From contig AWSN01000001.1 of the NCBI GenBank assembly GCA_000505065.1, positions 132,247 to 196,246 on the forward strand: 64,000 bases of DNA, in the 5' to 3' direction. A program made the translations under genes and the position numbers. This DNA is from Parcubacteria bacterium RAAC4_OD1_1 (GTDB lineage Bacteria; Patescibacteriota; Minisyncoccia; Phycocordibacterales; UBA9973). This document shows, piece after piece, positions 8,557-17,501 of the stretch; positions within the stretch are counted from its first letter, which is position 1; each line of letters opens with the position of its first letter. The notes beneath the pieces are model-generated. The model was not told the origin of the DNA. It did no database searches and worked only from the letters and a program-made list of their open reading frames with translations.

Positions 8557-9087
8557 TTATATTGATTTAATTTTTAATTTTGTTTCTCGGTGTTTATCTA
8601 TTTTTGGAAGTCTTATAATTAAAAGACCATGTTTTTCTATAGCCTCTGCTTCTTCTGGGTTTATTTCTTCTGGTAAAGATATTGTTCTTGAAAATGATCC
8701 CCAATATAATTCTTGCACAAAATAATCATCTTTATTAACAGATTGATTTTCTTCTCTTTTCCCTTTGATTGTTATTAAATCACGAGTGATTATAATGTTT
8801 AGATTGTCAGGTTGTACTCCAGCTACCATGGTTTGGACTATAATATCAGATGGAGTTTGATATAAATCAATAGTAAGTTCTGCTTCCACTTCTTCTTCCC
8901 ATCTAGATTCTTTTTCTATTTCTATTTTTTCTTCATTTTCTTCATTATTAATTTTTAACCTACGATTGTCTTTTTCTTCTAAAAAATCCCCTTCGTTTTC
9001 CTCGAAACGAATTCCACCTGTAAGGCGTTCCAAAAATGATTTCTTTTTAAACATATATTTATTGTATAGAAGGTGATAACCTTCCAA
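8557..9087 (-). CDS. Small heat-shock protein, Hsp20/alpha-crystallin family
   Basis: Alpha-crystallin domain (DLYQTPSDIIVQTMVAGVQPDNLNIIITRDLITIKGKRE...SFSRTISLP...LLIIRLPK). Confidence 0.75.
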   Translation of the reverse strand: MEGYHLLYNKYMFKKKSFLERLTGGIRFEENEGDFLEEKDNRRLKINNEENEEKIEIEKESRWEEEVEAELTIDLYQTPSDIIVQTMVAGVQPDNLNIIITRDLITIKGKREENQSVNKDDYFVQELYWGSFSRTISLPEEINPEEAEAIEKHGLLIIRLPKIDKHRETKLKIKSI

Positions 9088-9763
9088 TACGTTTTAATTT
9101 CTCAAAAATAAGAATATTAATAATCGTGACGACCCAAAGAAAACCAAAAACAGAAAGGAAATTATCGCCACTTCCTTTCATTATAAAAAAATTAAAGACA
9201 CTATGCAATAGTATTGCGAGTAAAATTCCAACAATAAGATAAAATCCTCTAAATTGTTTTATATAAAAAGATAAACCAAGAGCACTTCCAATTATTGCGC
9301 TTGATATTGCATGAAGAAGGGTTGATCCAAGAAAACGAAGATTTCCAGTTATCATACCGACTATTGCCCCATCTACTTTAATTGGGTTCATTAAATACAT
9401 TACGTTTTCCATAGCTGCAAAACCAAGAGCGACGGCTATAAAATACATAGGATAGTCTATTGGTTCATCGACATGTTTATTTCCAATTATTATTATAGCT
9501 ACTCCTAAAAGTTTTATTAACTCTTCTATGCTTGCCCAAATTATTATTTTAGTTCTTTCGTTAGATATAAAATTGAGAGAATATCTTTCAAGCCATATTG
9601 CAATAAAAACAAGAAAACTTCCAATAAAAAAAGAAAGGATTATAAGTCCTACTGGTTCTGGTTTTTCATCATCTTCTTGTTTAAGCCAAAACCAAAGCCA
9701 AAAAATAGCAGGGATTGCTCCACTTAATATTGCTATGAGTAATGTTTTTGGGTCTGACATCAT
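9059..9763 (-). CDS. PrsW-like intramembrane protease family protein
   Basis: Multi-TM protein with EExxK (ASIEELIKL) and FxxxE (GFAAMENVMY) motifs and a conserved His region. Confidence 0.5.
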   Translation of the reverse strand: MMSDPKTLLIAILSGAIPAIFWLWFWLKQEDDEKPEPVGLIILSFFIGSFLVFIAIWLERYSLNFISNERTKIIIWASIEELIKLLGVAIIIIGNKHVDEPIDYPMYFIAVALGFAAMENVMYLMNPIKVDGAIVGMITGNLRFLGSTLLHAISSAIIGSALGLSFYIKQFRGFYLIVGILLAILLHSVFNFFIMKGSGDNFLSVFGFLWVVTIINILIFEKLKRIGRLSPSIQ

Positions 9764-9770
9764 TATTTAA

Positions 9771-11981
9771 TTAAACTGGCTCGCCTTGGCTCGTATCAGG
9801 TGAGACAGGCCATTTTTCTATCATTAATAATTTTTTATTTTCCTTAAGAAACATACCCCATAATTCTTCTGTGACGAAAGGCATAAATGGATGGAGGATT
9901 TTTAATATTTTTTCTAGTGTGTATAGAAGAAAATGTTTTCTAGATAATATTTCTTTTTCTGCACCATTCTCGAAAATATTTTTACTTTCTTCAAGTATTA
10001 TATCAGCAAAACGTGCCCATGTATATTGATATATTTTTTCTCCAACCAAATAGAACTTATATTCATCCATTTCTTTTGTGATTTCTATTATTAATTTATC
10101 AATTTCATCTATTAATTTTTTATCTACATCTACATAATTATTAAAATTTTCATTTTTTATATTTTCAGTATTTGAAAGTACAAAACGAGTTATATTCCAG
10201 AGTTTATTTGCATAGTTTTTATATGCTCTTATTTTATCTTCTGACATTTTGCTGTCATTTCCGGGTCCTGTCCCTATGATGAGTGACATACGGACAGCAT
10301 CTGCTCCATATTTTGCTGTAAGCTCTAGTGGGTCAAGTGAATTTCCTAGAGACTTACTCATTTTTCTTCCTTGCGCATCTCTTACTATTCCATGTAAATA
10401 AACATTTTTAAAAGGAACTTCTCCAAGTAGATATGTACTCATAAGTATCATTCGAGCAATCCAAAAGAAAAGAATATCATACCCAGTTTCAAGCATATTG
10501 GTAGGGTGGTAAGTTTTAAAGTCAGATGCATTTAAATCTGGCCAGCCTAGGGTCGAGAATGTCCAAAGTCCTGAAGAGAACCAAGTGTCTAGAGTGTCCG
10601 AGTCTTGTTCCCACCCATTACCATTTGGTGTTTCTACTCCACAATATATTTCTTCACCCTTATACCAGACAGGGATACGATGTCCGTACCATATCTGGCG
10701 GGAAATACACCAATCACGTAGATTTTCTATCCAATTATAATAAACTTTTTCAAAACGATTTGGAATGATATTTACCTCTTTACTCCTTACAGCTTCAAGC
10801 ATTAATTCTTTTAAGCTTTTATTATCTCTCTCTTTTATTGGTTTGTTTACATCTATAAACCATTGAAGTTTTGGTAATGGTTCTATTATTCCACCAGTTC
10901 TTTCTGCAGTAGAAATATTTTGTGTTACTTCCTCTTCTTTTTCTAAAAGATTATTTTCTCTCAAAAAATTTACGATTACCTCTCTTGCTTCAATTGTTTT
11001 TTTGTTAAGAATCCTTTCATCTCCTACTGTCATTTTCGCAAATTCATTTATAACTTGTTTTGTATCTAATTTATGTCTTGTTGCAATATCAGCATCTATT
11101 TGTGAGTGAGCGGGGGTGACTCCGAGTGCCCCTGTTCCAAATTCTTTTTCCACAGATTCATCTGCTACTATTTTAATATTTAAAGATACTCCACAAAAAT
11201 CTTTAATTTCATAAGTTTTACCAATATATTTTTTATATCTTTCATCATTAGGGTGTACAGCAACAGCTGTATCTCCAACTTTTGTTTCTGGTCTGGTTGT
11301 AGAAATATAGATAGGGAAGTCATTACTATATTTAAATGTATATAGTTTTGCTTTTCTTTCTTCGTAAACTATTTCATCATCAGAAATTACGGTTTGACCT
11401 TTTGGATCCCAGTTTACGATTCTGTGCCCTCTATAAATAAGTCCATCATCATACATTTTCTTAAATGCAGTTCGGACTGCTAAATTTCTTTTTTCATCCA
11501 AAGTAAAAGCTTCACGAGACCAATCAAGGGATGCTCCCATTTTTTTAGATTGATTTATGATTGTATCATGACTTTCTTGTGCAAATTGATTTACTCTTTT
11601 TAGAAATTCTTCACGACCCAAATCTCCTTTTCTTTTACCTTCTTCTTTCTCTAATATTTTTTCAACTTTTGATTGAGTAGCAATTGCTGCATGATCTGTA
11701 CCTGGAAGCCAAAGCGTCTTATATCCTTTCATACGAGCAAATCTTGTCATAATATCTTCTATTGTAAGAGTCGCAGCGTGACCCAAATGCAGTGTCCCTG
11801 TCACATTTGGAGGAGGGAGAACCATAGAAAAAGTTTCTGCATCTTTATCCGTCATTCCTTTTTCTATACAAACATCTGGATTAAAAAATCCTGATTCTTC
11901 CCACATTTTATAAATACGATCCTCTGTCTCTTTAGGGTCGTATGGCTTCAATAATTTAGGATCTATATTTGACTCATTCAT
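9771..11981 (-). CDS. valS: Valyl-tRNA synthetase (start taken at MNESNID; lacks long C-terminal coiled-coil)
   Basis: HIGH-type motif PPPNVTGTLHLGHA, KMSKSLGN, editing and anticodon-binding domains. Confidence 0.85.
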   Translation of the reverse strand: MNESNIDPKLLKPYDPKETEDRIYKMWEESGFFNPDVCIEKGMTDKDAETFSMVLPPPNVTGTLHLGHAATLTIEDIMTRFARMKGYKTLWLPGTDHAAIATQSKVEKILEKEEGKRKGDLGREEFLKRVNQFAQESHDTIINQSKKMGASLDWSREAFTLDEKRNLAVRTAFKKMYDDGLIYRGHRIVNWDPKGQTVISDDEIVYEERKAKLYTFKYSNDFPIYISTTRPETKVGDTAVAVHPNDERYKKYIGKTYEIKDFCGVSLNIKIVADESVEKEFGTGALGVTPAHSQIDADIATRHKLDTKQVINEFAKMTVGDERILNKKTIEAREVIVNFLRENNLLEKEEEVTQNISTAERTGGIIEPLPKLQWFIDVNKPIKERDNKSLKELMLEAVRSKEVNIIPNRFEKVYYNWIENLRDWCISRQIWYGHRIPVWYKGEEIYCGVETPNGNGWEQDSDTLDTWFSSGLWTFSTLGWPDLNASDFKTYHPTNMLETGYDILFFWIARMILMSTYLLGEVPFKNVYLHGIVRDAQGRKMSKSLGNSLDPLELTAKYGADAVRMSLIIGTGPGNDSKMSEDKIRAYKNYANKLWNITRFVLSNTENIKNENFNNYVDVDKKLIDEIDKLIIEITKEMDEYKFYLVGEKIYQYTWARFADIILEESKNIFENGAEKEILSRKHFLLYTLEKILKILHPFMPFVTEELWGMFLKENKKLLMIEKWPVSPDTSQGEPV

Positions 11982-12003
11982 AAGTAAAATATAGCATATT
12001 TTA

Positions 12004-13188
12004 CTATAAAGATAAATTCCCATTGGCTTTGATGGAGCCCAGTTTTGTTGTATATTTTTTATTTTTATATTGGTAGTATCCTGCGATGGCGATCATAAGA
12101 GCATTGTCTCCTGTGTGGCCACGGCCCGGGAAGTGGGCTTTGATCTTTAGGAAGTCCGACTTCCTAACTTTTTTAATTTCATTAGTTATAACTTTTTTAA
12201 GTTGAGGAGAAGCAGAGACTCCACCTCCCACTATTAGGGTTTTGATTTTATATTCCCTTATTGCTTTCATTGTTTTATAAGAAAGCACTTCAAATGCTGC
12301 ATCTTCAAATTCTTTGGCAATTTTTCTTTTTATATCATCTGTAAGTTCTCCGATATCTCGTATCATATAAAGCACAGCAGTTTTAAGTCCTGAAAAAGAA
12401 AAATCATAATCTTTTGAATACATCATCGGACGGGGGAGTTTTATTTCTAGTATTTCACTCGAAATGTTATTCCCGTCAGCACGCAATAAATTTCTGCTGA
12501 AATTTTTGCTCGTGCTCGGCCCGTCGGCCTGCGCAAGGCTTTCTGGAACAACATTCTCTCGTTCCATACTAGCTAATTTTCCAATCTCTGGTCCGCCCGG
12601 GTAAGGGAGCCCCATCATACGAGCGACTTTGTCGAAAGCTTCTCCAACGGCATCATCGCGAGTTTGCCCAATTTTTTTGTATTTCATCCAATTTTTTATA
12701 AAAACAAGTTCCGTGTGTCCACCAGAAACAAGAAGTGTAAGCATTGGGAACAGTTCTTTGGTGTTTTTAATTGTGAAATTTTTTCCTTTTTTAGGAAATA
12801 TAGAAAATATATGTCCCTCCATATGGTTTACGGGTACTATTGGTAATTTATATTTTGAGGATAATTCTTTTGCAAAGACTATTCCAGTCCAAAGTGCAGG
12901 CTCAAGCCCTGGTCCAGTAGTGACAGCGATTGCATTTATTTTTTTATTAATATCTTTTTCTCTAATTTTTGCTTTTCTTAAAACTTTTTCAAATACAAGT
13001 GGCAGATTTTTTATATGCTCTCTTTTAGCAAGAGCAGGATAGACACCACCATATTCTTTATGGATATCTATCTGTGAAGAAACTTCATTTCCAAGTATTT
13101 TAAATTTTGTAGTTTTACCCTGTTGTTTAATCTCCACTATTGCTATGGCAGTCTCATCACAAGATGTTTCTATGGCTAATATTTTCAT
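12004..13188 (-). CDS. tsaD: tRNA N6-adenosine threonylcarbamoyltransferase TsaD (Kae1/Gcp), with ~30 aa GC-rich insertion
   Basis: MKILAIETSCDETAIAIV start, HMEGH metal site, C-terminal GDNALMIAIAG; insertion PESLAQADGPSTSKNFSRNLLRADGNNISSEI encoded by GC-rich DNA 12463-12560. Confidence 0.85.
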   Translation of the reverse strand: MKILAIETSCDETAIAIVEIKQQGKTTKFKILGNEVSSQIDIHKEYGGVYPALAKREHIKNLPLVFEKVLRKAKIREKDINKKINAIAVTTGPGLEPALWTGIVFAKELSSKYKLPIVPVNHMEGHIFSIFPKKGKNFTIKNTKELFPMLTLLVSGGHTELVFIKNWMKYKKIGQTRDDAVGEAFDKVARMMGLPYPGGPEIGKLASMERENVVPESLAQADGPSTSKNFSRNLLRADGNNISSEILEIKLPRPMMYSKDYDFSFSGLKTAVLYMIRDIGELTDDIKRKIAKEFEDAAFEVLSYKTMKAIREYKIKTLIVGGGVSASPQLKKVITNEIKKVRKSDFLKIKAHFPGRGHTGDNALMIAIAGYYQYKNKKYTTKLGSIKANGNLSL

Positions 13189-13245
13189 GAAAATACTATA
13201 ACATAAGGGTTTTTATTTGGCTATTATTTGTGGTAGAATTGAAAT

Positions 13246-13824
13246 ATGGAAAAGAAACATATTATAACTATCGCAGGTAAGCTTGGAAGTGGTAAATCTT
13301 CTACTGCTAAAAAGGTTGCAGAGATTTTGGGATATGAACATAAATCCACAGGAGATTTTATGAGAGAGATAGCAATAAATAGGGGTGTTTCTTTAGGAGA
13401 TTTAAGTGTAATAGCTGAAAATGATCCTTCTATTGATAAAGAGCTTGATGATCATAATTTAAATATTGGGACAAAAGATAATGTTGTTTTAGATTCAAGA
13501 CTTGGTTTTCATTTTATTCCCAATTCCTTTAAAGTTTTTTTAGAATTAGATGAAGCTACTTCAGCAGAAAGAATTTTAAAAGATAAACTCAGTAATCCAA
13601 ATAGAAATACAGAAGCTACTGGAGGTTTTGATACAATTAAAAATATTAAAGAAAAAATAAAACTAAGATTAGAAAGTGAAAAGAAGAGATATAAAGATTT
13701 ATATAATATAAAAGATCATACCATTCATTCTAATTTTGATTTAGTTATAAATACAAAAGAGGTTTCACTTGAAGAAGTTTCAAAAAGAGTCATAGAAGAA
13801 TATAATAATTGGCTTAATAAATAA
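13246..13824 (+). CDS. Cytidylate kinase-like P-loop nucleotide kinase
   Basis: Walker A IAGKLGSGKSSTAK, then STGDFMREIA (CMP-kinase-like). Confidence 0.5.
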   Translation: MEKKHIITIAGKLGSGKSSTAKKVAEILGYEHKSTGDFMREIAINRGVSLGDLSVIAENDPSIDKELDDHNLNIGTKDNVVLDSRLGFHFIPNSFKVFLELDEATSAERILKDKLSNPNRNTEATGGFDTIKNIKEKIKLRLESEKKRYKDLYNIKDHTIHSNFDLVINTKEVSLEEVSKRVIEEYNNWLNK

Positions 13825-13830
13825 AACGAG

Positions 13831-15285
13831 ATGAAAATACTAAATGAAATTTTAAAAGATATCATAATTTTAGAGTCAAAGGGAAACGTTGATACCCCTG
13901 TTTCTTCTGTGTCTTTAGATTCGAGAGATATAGAGCCCCATTCTTTGTTTGTTGCACTTATTGGTAATGTTTTAGACGGGCATTCTTTTATAGATGAAGT
14001 TGTTGAAAAAGGGGCCAAAGTTATAGTTCATGAGAAGGATTTAAGTGAATATAAATCTGGCGTGACTTATATTAAAGTAAAAGATACTCATGAAGCAGTT
14101 GGTATTATTGCAAGTAATTTTTATGGCAATCCGTCCAAGCATTTAAAGCTTGTTGGTGTGACAGGGACAAATGGTAAAACGACAACTGCAACACTTCTTC
14201 ATCAATTATTTAGAAATCTTGGTTATAAAGCTGGGATGATCGGCACAATAGTAAATAAAGTAAATGATGAATCTTATGAAGCTAAACGTACGACCCCAGA
14301 TCCTATTTCTCTAAATAAAATTCTTGCTGAAATGGTGGATAAAGGTTGCGAATATGTATTTATGGAAGTATCTTCTCATTCTATTTCAGAAAAAAGAGTT
14401 TCGGGTCTTTCTTTTGTAGGTGGAATATTTACAAACCTTACCCTTGATCATTTGGATTATCACAAGACTATAGAAAGTTATGCTGAAGCGAAAAAAGGTT
14501 TCTTTGATATGATTCCTAGTTCTGGTTTTGCAATTGCAAATATAGATGATGATATGGGGGAATATATGCTTTCTACTACTAAAGCAAAAAAATATGTATT
14601 TGGGTTAAAAAATGCAGAGGTCAGACCTATGCAAATTTTGCAGAGGTCAGACCTCTGCGGATCAGACCTCTGCGGATATTTTAATGAAAGATTAGAAACA
14701 AAATTAATTGGTGAATTTAATGCTTACAATATTTTAGGAATTTATGCTGTAGCGGTTTTGCTTGGACAAGATAAAGAAAAAATAAAAGAAATTATTAAAG
14801 ACTTAGATGGAGCTCCTGGCAGATTTCAAGCGATAAAAAATAACGATGGAATTATTGGAATTGTAGATTATGCTCATACTCCAGATGCATTAGAGAATGT
14901 TTTAAAAACTGCTAATGGTATAAAAAAAGATGGCAGGCTTATTGCTTTGGTTGGTTGTGGTGGAGATAGAGATAGAAGTAAAAGGCCGATAATGGCTCGT
15001 ATCGGATATGATTTAGCAGATATACTTATCCTTACATCTGATAATCCTCGCACCGAGAAGCCAGAAGATATTCTTATGGAAATGCAGAAAGGTTTACCTC
15101 TTGAAGCATTAGACAAAGTGGAAATAATTGTAGATAGGCATATGGCAATAGAAAAAGCATGCTCCATAGCAAAATCTGGAGATATCATTTTGGTTGCAGG
15201 AAAAGGTCACGAGAATTATCAAGAGGTCAATGGAGTTAAACACCATTTTGATGATTTGGAAGAGTTAGAAAAATATTTAAAATAA
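13831..15285 (+). CDS. murE: UDP-MurNAc-L-Ala-D-Glu:meso-DAP ligase MurE
   Basis: VGVTGTNGKTTT P-loop, DNPRTE MurE signature, Mur ligase C-terminal domain. Confidence 0.85.
   Translation: MKILNEILKDIIILESKGNVDTPVSSVSLDSRDIEPHSLFVALIGNVLDGHSFIDEVVEKGAKVIVHEKDLSEYKSGVTYIKVKDTHEAVGIIASNFYGNPSKHLKLVGVTGTNGKTTTATLLHQLFRNLGYKAGMIGTIVNKVNDESYEAKRTTPDPISLNKILAEMVDKGCEYVFMEVSSHSISEKRVSGLSFVGGIFTNLTLDHLDYHKTIESYAEAKKGFFDMIPSSGFAIANIDDDMGEYMLSTTKAKKYVFGLKNAEVRPMQILQRSDLCGSDLCGYFNERLETKLIGEFNAYNILGIYAVAVLLGQDKEKIKEIIKDLDGAPGRFQAIKNNDGIIGIVDYAHTPDALENVLKTANGIKKDGRLIALVGCGGDRDRSKRPIMARIGYDLADILILTSDNPRTEKPEDILMEMQKGLPLEALDKVEIIVDRHMAIEKACSIAKSGDIILVAGKGHENYQEVNGVKHHFDDLEELEKYLK
14613..14675. repeat. In-frame tandem GC-rich palindromic units (cagaggtcagacctctgcgg x about 2.5) inside murE
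   Basis: Unit is self-complementary (cagaggt-c-agacctctg); encodes AEVRPMQILQRSDLCGSDLCG in a variable loop of MurE. Confidence 0.6.
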
Positions 15286-16680
15286 ATGCAAAATTATAAA
15301 CAATTTTTTAAAGGGAAGAAGATTACAGTCATGGGGCTTGGGATACTTGGGCGTGGGGTAGGGTATACTAAGTTCTTGGCAGAGTGTGGTGCGGATTTAA
15401 TAGTGACAGACCTAAAGACTAAAGAACAACTCGCTATTTCAATTAAAGCTTTAGAAAAATTCTCCAGTCCTAAGCAAGGCTTGGGACCGATAAAATTTAT
15501 ATTAGGGGAACATAGGTTAGAAGATTTCAAGGGTAGGGATATGATTATAAAAGCTGCTGGGGTACCGTTTGATTCTATTTACATAAAAGAAGCTAAGAAA
15601 AATAATATTCCTATCGAGATGGATGTCTCACTGTTTGCTAAACTTGCGAGAGATGTAAAGATAGTAGGTGTGACAGGGACTCGTGGAAAAAGTATGACAA
15701 CAACTTTGATATATGAAATTCTATCAAAGAATATTAAAGATCAAAAAGTTTATATTGGTGGCAATCTTCGAGGAGTTGCCACATTGCCATTACTCAAAAA
15801 AGTAAAAGATGGAGATATTTTAATTTGTGAGCTAGATTCTTGGCAACTTCAAGGGTTTGGAGATAGTAAAATATCTCCAAACATTTCCGTCTTTACTTCT
15901 TTTATGCCTGATCATATGAATTATTATAAAAATAGTATGGAAAAGTATTTTGATGATAAGGCAAATATTTTTAAATATCAAAAAAAAGATGATGTTCTAA
16001 TAATTCGTCCAGGGATGAAAAGTTTTATAAAGAAATCTAATGTTAAAGGAAAATTAATTGTAATTAATCCAAACGATGTTATAGCTTGGAAATTTAATGT
16101 ATTAGGAGCTCACCATAGAGAGAATTTAGCATGTGCGGTAGAAGTAGCGAAGCAATTTGATATACCAATTTCTAAAATCAAAAAAACTGTAGCAGATTTT
16201 AAAGACTTAGAAGGTAGAATGCAATTACTTAGAGTTTATAAGGGGATAAAGATTTATAATGACAACAATGCCACAACCCCCGAAGCAACGATTGCAGGGC
16301 TTGAAGCCTTAAGTGATCAGCCAAAGGCCTTGCCTATGGCTAGCCATAGGCAAGGCCTTTGGCAAAAAAACATTATTCTTATTTGTGGTGGTGCTGATAA
16401 AAATTTACCACTTGAGAATCTTGTAAAAGTTGTAAATAAGAATTGTAAATTTATTTCTTTGATTCCTGGAGGCGGAACTGATAGGTTGTTGTCTAATAAA
16501 AATTTAAAAGTAAAAAGTTATAAAGGAACTGATTTTAAAGATATAATAATTACAGCAATTAATAATGCAAAAAGGGGAGATATCGTGATTCTTTCTCCAT
16601 CATTTGCTTCGTTTGGGATGTTTAATAATGAGTATGAAAGAAATGATTTATTTATGAAAATAGTCAAAAATTTAAAATGA
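15286..16680 (+). CDS. murD: UDP-MurNAc-L-Ala:D-Glu ligase MurD
   Basis: N-terminal GLGxxGRG Rossmann motif, VGVTGTRGKSMTTT P-loop, Mur ligase C-terminal domain. Confidence 0.85.
   Translation: MQNYKQFFKGKKITVMGLGILGRGVGYTKFLAECGADLIVTDLKTKEQLAISIKALEKFSSPKQGLGPIKFILGEHRLEDFKGRDMIIKAAGVPFDSIYIKEAKKNNIPIEMDVSLFAKLARDVKIVGVTGTRGKSMTTTLIYEILSKNIKDQKVYIGGNLRGVATLPLLKKVKDGDILICELDSWQLQGFGDSKISPNISVFTSFMPDHMNYYKNSMEKYFDDKANIFKYQKKDDVLIIRPGMKSFIKKSNVKGKLIVINPNDVIAWKFNVLGAHHRENLACAVEVAKQFDIPISKIKKTVADFKDLEGRMQLLRVYKGIKIYNDNNATTPEATIAGLEALSDQPKALPMASHRQGLWQKNIILICGGADKNLPLENLVKVVNKNCKFISLIPGGGTDRLLSNKNLKVKSYKGTDFKDIIITAINNAKRGDIVILSPSFASFGMFNNEYERNDLFMKIVKNLK
16320..16363. repeat. Perfect 44 nt palindrome (gccaaaggccttgcctatggc|tagccataggcaaggcctttggc) inserted in-frame in murD
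   Basis: Self-complementary over its full length; encodes QPKALPMASHRQGLW, absent from the conserved MurD core alignment. Confidence 0.65.
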
Positions 16681-16681
16681 T

Positions 16682-17257
16682 ATGGATGAAATTAAGATTT
16701 TAAATTCTAAAATATTTATATATAAAAATTATGAAAATGATTTTAAAGATGTTGTTACTCCTAATTTAATCCATTCTGATAATATTTTGGAAGTAAAAGA
16801 TGGAAAAGAAAAAATGGATAATTTAGATGGTATTTTTACTTCAAACAAAGAAATAAAAATAGGAATTAAAACAGCAGATTGTGCGCCTGTATGTTATTTC
16901 GATGGAGAGAAAATAGGAATTGCTCATATAGGGTGGCCAGGTTTATGTACTGAACTTAATAAAAAAATGCTTTCAAATTTTAATACAAAAAACCTTAAAA
17001 TATTTATTGGCCCATTTATACATAGATTTGAAATAAAAAAAGATTTTTGTTTTGATAAACTAAAAGGTGATTTTAGTATGTTTATGGATTATGAAGGTGA
17101 TAAAATATTTTTTAATTTTAAAGATGCATTATTGTCTCAATTTAAAAGTCTTAATGTTATAATAGATGGAAGAGATACATTTATGGATTTATCTTTGCCA
17201 AGTTATCGTAGAGATAAAACAAAAGATAGATTATTAACAGTTATAAGTTTTAATTAA
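16682..17257 (+). CDS. YfiH/PgeF (DUF152, LACC1-like) family protein, short form
   Basis: Conserved TADCAPVCYF...IAHIGWPGL motif block. Confidence 0.5.
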   Translation: MDEIKILNSKIFIYKNYENDFKDVVTPNLIHSDNILEVKDGKEKMDNLDGIFTSNKEIKIGIKTADCAPVCYFDGEKIGIAHIGWPGLCTELNKKMLSNFNTKNLKIFIGPFIHRFEIKKDFCFDKLKGDFSMFMDYEGDKIFFNFKDALLSQFKSLNVIIDGRDTFMDLSLPSYRRDKTKDRLLTVISFN

Positions 17258-17258
17258 T

Positions 17259-17498
17259 ATGAAAAAATTAGAAATTGGGGAGATATATAAACATTATAAG
17301 GGGACGAAGGTGAAGGTCCTCGGGGAGTGTCTACATAGTGAGACTCTGGAGTGTATGGTTATTTATATACACTTAGAAGATGGGGCGACTTGGGTAAGAC
17401 CAAAGAAAATGTTTCTAGAAAATATAAAGGTTGGGAATAAAAAGGTTGAAAGATTTAAAAAGATTAAATCAAGAATTTTAATTAAGCCCGGGAAATAA
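17259..17498 (+). CDS. DUF1653-like small protein
   Basis: Pattern YKHYKG...HSETLE..VIY..L.DG..WVRP..MF matches DUF1653 consensus. Confidence 0.5.
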   Translation: MKKLEIGEIYKHYKGTKVKVLGECLHSETLECMVIYIHLEDGATWVRPKKMFLENIKVGNKKVERFKKIKSRILIKPGK

Positions 17499-17501
17499 AA
17501 T

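Noticed and set aside
10540-11135. GC-rich patches in valS as inserted elements
   Set aside because: They encode conserved ValS motifs (DTWFSSGLW; GTGALGVTPAHS) and are not clear palindromes.
12149-12165. Palindrome aggaagtc-c-gacttcct in the tsaD 3' region as another inserted element
   Set aside because: The encoded residues (RKSDFLK...HFPGRGHTGDNALMIA) align position-for-position with the conserved TsaD C-terminus (…FYARPEFCTDNGAMIA). So this is native sequence that happens to contain the GTCcGAC core.
12629-13042. Plus-strand ORFs 12629..13042 and 12664..12846
   Set aside because: Antisense to the well-supported tsaD gene.
14613-14675. CRISPR array
   Set aside because: Only about 2.5 short palindromic units, no spacers of regular length, inside murE. 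No cas genes anywhere in the window.
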